A stretch of 64,000 bases of DNA, taken from positions 304,234,001-304,298,000 of the forward strand of contig OZ024743.1 of assembly GCA_964016885.1 (NCBI GenBank), written 5' to 3'. The stretch is from Eledone cirrhosa. Its lineage: Eukaryota. The notes beneath the pieces are model-generated. The model did not search any database and was not told the DNA's origin. It saw nothing but the letters and a program-made list of their open reading frames with translations. The position numbers and the translations under genes were made by a program. Below, piece after piece: positions 55,581 to 64,000 of the stretch (its first letter is position 1; every line of letters begins with the position of its first letter).

Positions 55581-56559
55581 CAACAACTAACATCAATCAC
55601 TTAATGCGTTTATTTATTCGCACGAAGGAAACATAAAAGAAAGAAAATTGATTTGTGTATCAGGTGAACATATGTTCAACTGACACATGTATACGACAAA
55701 AGACGAGATGAATTTTCAAGCGATGATTAATGACATTGTCTATGCTATATAAAATGCCAACGAGAAACGTTATCTTTCAGAAAAGATAGATAACCTTAAC
55801 TATACATATTTCAGTGTTCAGTTTGATATCATATCGGAGTACTTAAGGCGGATATGAAGTCAGGTACAATTTCAGAACAATTCAATACATCATTCACAGG
55901 TTTTCTCTTGTTACTCATAATATAATCTTATTTACATCATTATTATGAGTAACTAATGGCAATTAATTGATTTTAAAATGTTGTAGTATTTGCTGTATCT
56001 ATATCATTAGAATTACGTTCTGAATTTAAATCCAACTGAATCCCATCCAGATTTCATGCGGTTGCCATAGAGGTTGATATAGGGGTCCTTGTTGATTACT
56101 GATGTTGGAATTCTGTTTTCGGGAGCTTTAACCGAATGAGAATCGATTATTCACCGAATTGAATGAATGTATTTTGGATGAGACTTACACCATGAGTTAA
56201 AGTAAAATAAGACACGCTATTAATGAACCATTTCGCAATTTTGGGAGTTATATCAATATATATTATTTAAATTTATTGTATCATTCTGCATTTCTGTTAG
56301 ATGTCTTGTTCATGGATAAAAGGACAATGAATGGGTATTAACCTTGCTTTTCGACATAAGTAAATGTAACTTAGCCATTGTTATTTCGTACACACTTCTT
56401 CGCAAATGCATATTGTACATTGTTTAGCGATCCGAAATAGACACCGTCCATGTTACTCACATGGCAGAACTTTGGCATTCCTCTTACTTTCTGCTAAATA
56501 AATATGACATCTTGTTTCTCTCCTAGCAACTAGACACTGTTCCCTATCCCCAGCCATCA

Positions 56560-57350
56560 TATTTTCCTCAACCATCTCTTCTCCTGTATGGTTCTATCTA
56601 CAGTAACATTTCAGCACAATGTGATCTTCCACCTGGATGATAACTTTTACGGCTACAGGTTTATTCACTACCCTCAATGTGTTGTCTCTTATACGTTTCC
56701 ATTTGTACTCTAAGTCATATGCTTATAGCGCCTCAATTTCTAACTCGAGACCTTTTTCGTCTGTCTGAAATCTGATTAATCTTCCTTATTATTCTTCTCG
56801 ATACGCATTTAATTTCTAGCCTCTGCGTTTAGGATAGTAAGATTTGGAATCTGTCTATCTTGTTTCCTGCTGAGAATAAAAGCAATCTGGCTTGTGTTCA
56901 ACTTCCTGAAGTTAATGTTACATTGTGTCAGCTAATTTGGGTCACAAATCTCCAGATGTCATCATCCCTCTTTGTCTTTTTAAGCAACGTCCATAGATTC
57001 CATGCACACGATGGATCCCATACTGGTATTGCCAAATATGACTATTAACATCCTCAGCGAAGATATTAAGGATACAGTCGATCGTCTTAGAGTTAATCTG
57101 GAAGAAGATATCATAGAAGTGATCTTCCAAAGCCAATGGTCATAATCATTTGGTCCTGACTAGTCTCAGCTCAATTATCTCTTATTACCTCAACGTACCT
57201 TATCCTTTCATTTTTCAGCTAACAGAATGGCCATCCTTCCCTCATTGTATTTAATCTCTGCCTTTATTTCTTTAGTAGGTTTCTCGCCCGGAGAAGTCTA
57301 GACGATGCTCAAGTCCATCTTGCCAATTGCACACAACACACATATACATG
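56560..57350 (-). mobile_element. Decayed RTE-clade APE remnant
   Basis: ORF 56942-57136 (DHFY...FAEDVNSHIW...VHGIYG) matches the GDFNGHVG...VHGGYG pattern of RTE endonucleases. Boundaries are approximate. Confidence 0.55.
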
Positions 57351-58949
57351 GCTTCACTGAAGGATCTCAACAATTTGTCCGGGTTCCCTTTCCCTGTTAC
57401 TGATATTAGTGTGAAACCTGTAAGCGTTGAATTTGAGGTGGAGGCGCTTCTCGATTGTACATATTCTACACCTGAGTATAGTCTATTTGCGATCGCTTGC
57501 TAATTGATAGTGAACTGTTCATCATGGTAGAATATTTCCGTTTAAAAGTTACTGTAGCTAACAATCTCAGTGTAACCTTCCAGACTGTGACGCGTGTGGA
57601 ATTGTGCCCTGATAGGCCCTACATAGACCTCATCTGCTATAGAGAGTCTGTCCATTGTTATAAATCCATGCACGTACAAACTCAGATATACATCTATATA
57701 TACACAAACACCCATGCACATACATGTGATCTATATATAACAAGAGAGGATACATCTAAGATGTTGTACTCTTAAAGGAACTGATTCAGGAAACGTGATG
57801 GAGGGGAACGTTATGGTGGAGTCAAAGGCAATTGGAGTTATTGAACAAAAGCCAACATATTTCGTAAACAGATCGGCATTGCACACATCTCACTTCCCCA
57901 CATAGCCTCCATTTCAACCTCAACCTCAACATGGATCTGAAATTCGTCATTGATATCTTCCCACCCCGACAATATGGAACGAATCGATTTTATTATTATG
58001 GAGAGTGAGTGATGTATTGATATAAGTAATTACTACTCGCATAATTGTAAAATATGTAAATGTTGCATCGAAGTAGGAATAGATGTCCTGTTGAAAATAA
58101 GTGTCGCATTCTACATTACACATTCACAGAAGCGAAAAACATCAATTTACCTTTCCGTTTATTATACATATTCTTAACTGTCTTAACATATTCCTGAAAT
58201 GTCTGACATAATCGTGTTCAGTAAACAAAGTCAGTAAATTTATAAATACCTGGTTGACTTTGTTTACCGATAACGATTATGCGGAGTTTTTTAAAAGAGT
58301 TAAGAAATATAACGTATAAAAGGTTAAACTGAAATTATTTGCTTTGTTCTTTGAGGTGTTGTATACACTATAGAGTGTAGTTTTAAATGTATATACATTT
58401 ACGGTCATGTAGGCTACGGTAATGTGTGTATACAAAGTATAATCATTTGCAAACTTTAAAATGTTTAGAAATAATTGAAATTCTGAAACTAGTAAAACAC
58501 GGATTTCACTGCCACTCGCTTCAAAATGAACAAATAAAAAGAAAGGCAACATTGAAGGTTAAGGTGACGAAATCGTCGTTGGTGATGACGAGATTAAGGA
58601 CGAATATGAGGAATTAGAGATTAGCGTTGACGAGAATGAGGTTTATAATGAAACATTTTCGAAAATGATTAAGCGGAAAGGTGTGGGGAAAACAGGTGGG
58701 AAGTGGTGTTTGGCAGATAGTTGTGGATATTATGCATCGTGACGTACATATCTTACATTTAACATTTAAGAGAAGCCAATAAATTACCTAACCCCATCGT
58801 ATTTCCAAACATCTCATATTAAGTACATGAAAAATCTTTAAGTGAGGTGGTGATTGCATAAAAACTGGCTTTTAAAGGGTCTCTGTCACTTTTTCTCTCA
58901 CGCTCTTACTCTCTCTAATATTTATAAACACACACACACACACATATAT

Positions 58950-59149
58950 NNNNNNNNNNNNNNNNNNNNNNNNNNNNNNNNNNNNNNNNNNNNNNNNNNN
59001 NNNNNNNNNNNNNNNNNNNNNNNNNNNNNNNNNNNNNNNNNNNNNNNNNNNNNNNNNNNNNNNNNNNNNNNNNNNNNNNNNNNNNNNNNNNNNNNNNNNN
59101 NNNNNNNNNNNNNNNNNNNNNNNNNNNNNNNNNNNNNNNNNNNNNNNNN
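58950..59149. other. Assembly gap (200 N)
   Basis: Run of N beginning inside a microsatellite. Confidence 0.99.
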
Positions 59150-60716
59150 TCATGGTTATCCTATGAACATTTCAGCCCACCCTCGTATTTGAAGCCACAG
59201 GCATAATAAATATTTTGTTTTTTAATATAGAATATGATCTACATTAGTTTTCTTCGAATGACTTGTATTTTCAGGCTATTTATATACTAGTGTTCCTGTC
59301 TTCCGTCACGAAAGAATGGAGAAAGAGATCAAAATTCGTCTAAAAGATAGCATTTTATATAATTGATTTAAAGCGTATTCGAAACTTTGAACTGTTACTC
59401 CATTTATAACAAGCTAAATGCAAAGAACCCCAAAAGTTATCCACGTTCTTTTCCTTCAAAATGTATACAGTATGAAGTTAATGTATTCATAACATGTAGA
59501 TCAATTTCAATAAAATTGAGATAGCTTTATATATTTTAATTATAATACAAAGTATATTTCTATATTTTTTTGTTGCGGGGCAAATATTGCTGAAAATTTC
59601 ATGACATATTCAAGAGTATGTGAGAGATATCAGGAAATAATTGAGTTGTACGCCATGACCTGCATTCGATTAATGAGTTATGTATTTATCATTTATCTAA
59701 TATCAAATTTTATATCACAAGCAGCCCCTGTAGATAAAGATTTTCAATGATTTTGTTACTGGTGAACTAAGTATTTGATTATGTAAAGGACAAGAGAATG
59801 TCTGTCAGTGCAAATAAAATCACAAAATATAGAAATATACTGTTATCTAAACAATAATAAAGTAAGGAGTGTAGGAATGCGTACGGTTTATAATTTTGTA
59901 TCCCATTAGTAAAATATTACCATTTTAGTTGATGTATCATATCTACATGCATATATACTTGCGTATAATATCAATATGCACACTACAGATGCTAACAGAA
60001 AACCACCCGAGGGGTGGTTTTTCTGCTAGTACATATAATGGTCCAATTTCTACCAAGTTCCAATTAGAGAGCATTGATCAACCCGAGTCTTTGATATAAA
60101 ACAATGGGATTTATCCCAGAAATGTAAGATTGCGGTAGGAAATTCTTAGGCTCTAAACAATATAAGCTTTCACGCGTAATTCTTCTATAATTCAATTCAT
60201 GTTTAAAAGAAAATGCTAAAATTATGTTTCACAGGCACTTTTTGAAGAGTGAAATTGTAGTTCATAGCATTTACCATCTTATATCAGGGATCTCAAATTC
60301 AAGTATTCAAATGAGTCCTTATCTTCTTAAGGTAAGTCACAGTGGGTAAAATATGAGACAAGTGGACATGATTCCCATTAGTTAAAATGCTAATCTGCAA
60401 TACACTTGATAGGAGTCTATCTTTATTTCATGAAAATGAATTCGCATGATAGTAGGTGGGATACGTTAGTACAAAATGTAGGGAAACATTTTTTTTTTAT
60501 TTTCCCCTAATTTGTCATGAACACTGTTCTGTGAGAGCCAAAGAAAATTAGATTATCGGATACATATCACACGTAGATTCCATGATTGAGGCTCTAGAGA
60601 TATCATTAATATATTTGAAAATGCTGAATGAAATAAATGACATACGTTCATATGTTATGTCCTATAATATGATACATATAGTAACAGGATTAACATCATA
60701 TGTACAGTTTCATTCC

Positions 60717-61118
60717 TTAAAGGCACACCGTCTCTTCTTACTCCTAAGTATGAAAATTGAAAAGCAGCAATGATTTTCACGATTTTCTTCCGTAAATGCT
60801 GATGAGAGATGGATTAAATTACCGAGGAACAAATGACGAAAGCAACGAAACTTGTATTTTCATCGTGATGGTCATTATGATGAATTCAGTAATGGGAGAT
60901 AAAGAAAAGTATATTTGCTTATACTTATATAGATACATACGCACACACATATATAATAATATCATCAATTATGACTATTACATTTGTTTTTCTATTTCAA
61001 CATCTGTTACTCGAACACTTAATACCTTTCTCATTAATATTCACGGGAGAAAACCGTGAAAATCATTACTGCTCCTCAGTTTTCATTATTTGGGATACGA
61101 AGAGGCAGTGTGTCTAAA
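60717..61118. mobile_element. MITE with about 150-bp imperfect terminal inverted repeats (Kolobok-like)
   Basis: ttaaAGGCACACcgtctcttc...tgattttcacg versus cgtgaaaatca...gaagaggcaGTGTGTCTaaa. A TTAA+AGG terminus is typical of Kolobok. Confidence 0.65.
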
Positions 61119-61208
61119 CCTAATATATATGTTTATATATGCTTTCATATACACCTCTGTTGTGCTTAAACGCTGTCCTACTGCTAGTGTCAATTATATA
61201 TATATATG

Positions 61209-61256
<48 letters not shown>

Positions 61257-61405
61257 AAAATACAGGTAAAGAGGAGAGACTGTGTGGTTACTAAAAACGA
61301 AGTGTAAACAAGAGAGAAAAGGTTTCCCTTCGTCAACTGTTTACTATTGATTTTAGATGTTTCGGCGCTTAAAATAGAACAACGAGGAAATATATTTATA
61401 TATAT

Positions 61406-63014
61406 ATTAGGGTAAACATTGATGCAATTCAATTCAAGCACTCAACGTACTTTTTCCACATAGGAGTGACGGACTAAATATCGAATAAAGAAAAGCGAAG
61501 TAGTTTCAGATGTTCAAATACTTTAATAATAATGCTGTGATATATATTTCAGTGACGACACTGGCCACACTGTTCTGTGTGCGAGTGTCGTGTCATCACG
61601 AGACATCTTGTTACATAATAAGGTTATGTTTCCGAGGCAATCCAAATTGGATCGACAAGAGAACGGATGAATGCGTGTTTTGGGGTTTTTCAACCGCTCC
61701 CTTGTGAGTACCAATTCACCCCCACCGGCCTGCGCAAGCGCATGTCCGAGGGATGTTGACCATTCGCCACCGCAGACTTCAACGAAATTTGCTTAGTCAG
61801 TTCACCCCGTCATCCAAAACAATGGCCCACCAATGCCTGTACCATATTTTACTGCTACCCATCACGGCTGTGGCAGTCAGCCGAGAGCCAGAGGGGATGG
61901 GAGAGTGTTATTTTTTACATGTCATAATACTACCCCTCACTAAGCGTTGACGGCACGACTGACCATCACCTTATAAGGGAAAATAAATGTATTCTAGGTA
62001 TCATGGTTTTACGTTGGAAGTTAAGAGTGAGGGTTGGAAATAAAAATTAAAATCCTAAATCAAATATCAGAAATTATAAATTAAACAATTAAGAAATTAA
62101 CAATTAGAAATTAAAGAATTAAAAAAGAATTAAAAAAAGAATAAAAAAAATTCTTTTCAGGTGATAATTCGGATTGAGGTGAGTAAATAATATGGAGAGA
62201 TGTTTAAGTAATATTTTCTGAGAGGGATTCTAGTGGCACAGTTACTCTATCCACATATTGAACGACAGTGTCGTACATTATAACTACAGGGCTCCACAGA
62301 TTAGTGGATCTGGTACACAGTCCTAATTTCCATCACATGGAACAAAATCAAAGAAAAACAGACATAAAGTACACAAAAGAAAAGAACAGAACCAATAGTG
62401 AATAAATGCAAAAACACAGAGTACATATATGCAAAATGATCCATATGATTGTCCATCTGTCCATGTATAGATTGAATTGAGGGGGCCTCTGTTCAAATGC
62501 GATTTGGTGCAGGAAAATATGGGTTTATCCTATTATTTGTTTCCGCGTATTTATCCTGCCGAAAGTTACTATTATGCCCGTCCAGTGTAAGGGGTTTCCA
62601 TCCCCATGGTAGAGGGAATTTCCGGGGTAGCTTATGGTTGGTTCCTCTCTTCTCCACCATATCGGTTACATCGTAAAGCGCTCAACTAATTGGAGCTAAA
62701 TTATTAGGGTAAACATTGATGCAATTCAATTCAAGCACTCAACGTACTGTTTCCACATAGGAGTGACGGAGTAAATATCGAATAAAGAAAAGCGAACTAG
62801 TTTCAGATGTTCAAATCCTTTAATAATAATGCTGTGATATATATTTCAGTGACGACACTGGCCACACTGTTCTGTGTGCGAGTGTCGTGTCATCATCAGA
62901 CAGCTTGTTACATAATAAGGTTATGTGTGGCCAGTGTCGTCACTGAAATATATATCACAGCATTATTATTAAAGGATTTGAACATCTTAAACTACTTCGC
63001 TTTTCTTTATTCGA

Positions 63015-63020
<6 letters not shown>
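61406..63020 (-). mobile_element. Non-coding PLE-type element: two 224-bp direct HHR repeats (61406-61629, 62703-62926) plus inverted partial repeat (62925-63020)
   Basis: Direct repeats 1297 bp apart, no RT/EN motif between them, TA runs at both ends. Confidence 0.85.
62831..62904 (-). ncRNA. Intact type I hammerhead ribozyme
   Basis: Minus strand: GCTGT-CTGATGA-tgacacgacact...agtgtcgtca-ct-GAAA-TATATA-TC-ACAGC. Stem I is perfect, stem II is long, and the triplet is AUC. Confidence 0.9.
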
Positions 63021-63055
<35 letters not shown>

Positions 63056-63058
<3 letters not shown>

Positions 63059-64000
63059 ATTTGTTGGGATTCAACAAGCTTAAAAATAATAACCATAACG
63101 TTCCTTTACGAATATTGGTAAACAATCTTTAACTTCTCTATCTAACTTATTATAAAACATAAAATCCAAGAATATTAACTATTCTTTATTTTGGAAAATT
63201 ATCTCCAAAGCTTCTTCATACACAGCTCTATCCAAACATTGCTCACTTTGCGTTGAAGAAATATTCTCTTTACTAAAAAGTAACTCTATTAATTTGCGAA
63301 ATAATTTATTTAGTTCTTGTAAACATCGTTTAAACTTAACTTTTAAATATATATATAAAATGTAATATCTGGCTAATCTCCTTTACATAATGTTTTCTAA
63401 TACCTATATATGATTCATATATTTTTAATTTACTTTCTATTATCACTACCTCATACATATACTTTATATTATTACACCTATCAATAGATTATAAACTTTT
63501 TTTATATGACTGCTTGAAACTCTTTTAAGGACATTTTTCTTGAAAAACTTACGGAAGGTTTTAGAAAATTCTTTGAAAGTCCCTTTTGAAAGGTATAGAG
63601 AAACCATTATTTTCATATCTTCCAAAATGTTTATATCTTCAAACGTTTTTAATTCATGTATCCAAATATTTGTATATATGTGGAATAACATGATTTTTAT
63701 ATATTGGTTTTTTATATATATGTGGAATAACCTATGGTTTATGTTTTAACTATATTCTTAAGATAAATTTCTTAAAAACTGTATAGCAAGTATGACTTCT
63801 TAAAAAATTACCTATGGTTTATGTTTTAATTATATTCTTAGGATAATTTATTTTTTTTTTTATAATCCTTGGAGTCATTTGAGATCTTAAAGAATCACCT
63901 CTAACCTTTAAACTTCCTTACTGTTTTTATAATATAATTAAGTAGTTATTCCTTTGTAAACTCTCGTAAAATTTTCATAAATTTAGAATTATTTGGATGT
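63056..64000 (+). mobile_element. Truncated copy of the 5283-11013 PLE family (inverted tail 63056-63087, EN C-terminus and 3' region)
   Basis: 63088-64000 is colinear with about 9097-10075. 63056-63087 is the reverse complement of aagcttgttgaatcccaacaaattaa. Confidence 0.9.

Noticed and set aside
61310-61345. Minus-strand TTGACGA-agg-GAAAC core-like motif
   Set aside because: No supporting helices and only a single instance.

Overview
This is AT-rich, repeat-dominated eukaryotic DNA with no host gene that I can support. A Nin-domain tRNA-SINE and dense (TA)n/(CA)n microsatellites suggest an octopod cephalopod (inference). The window is dominated by Penelope-like retroelements (PLEs). It holds one near-full-length decayed copy (5283-11013), several 5'-truncated or inverted copies with YRDD-type RT, a CxCx5Cx5C linker and a C-terminal GIY-YIG endonuclease (probably Hydra clade), and many solo or fold-back pseudo-LTR (pLTR) fragments, mostly abutting (TA)n. 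These carry more than a dozen hammerhead ribozyme (HHR) cores, intact or decayed, from at least 8 sequence families. Also present are two head-to-tail Tx1/L1-clade LINEs (44.2-55.0 kb), RLE (R4-like) and RTE LINE remnants, SINEs, a Kolobok-like MITE and a 200-N gap. The most interesting signals are RNA-level. (1) A covarying RCTC...YGAGY hairpin lies downstream of the HHR in otherwise unalignable PLE families. (2) Fold-back mini-elements have their axis at the ribozyme core. (3) There are two non-coding retrozyme-like units (530 bp and 1297 bp), one with a helix-less HHR core. (4) One pLTR has lost exactly the ribozyme core. All pairings and coordinates were read by eye and may be off by a few bases.
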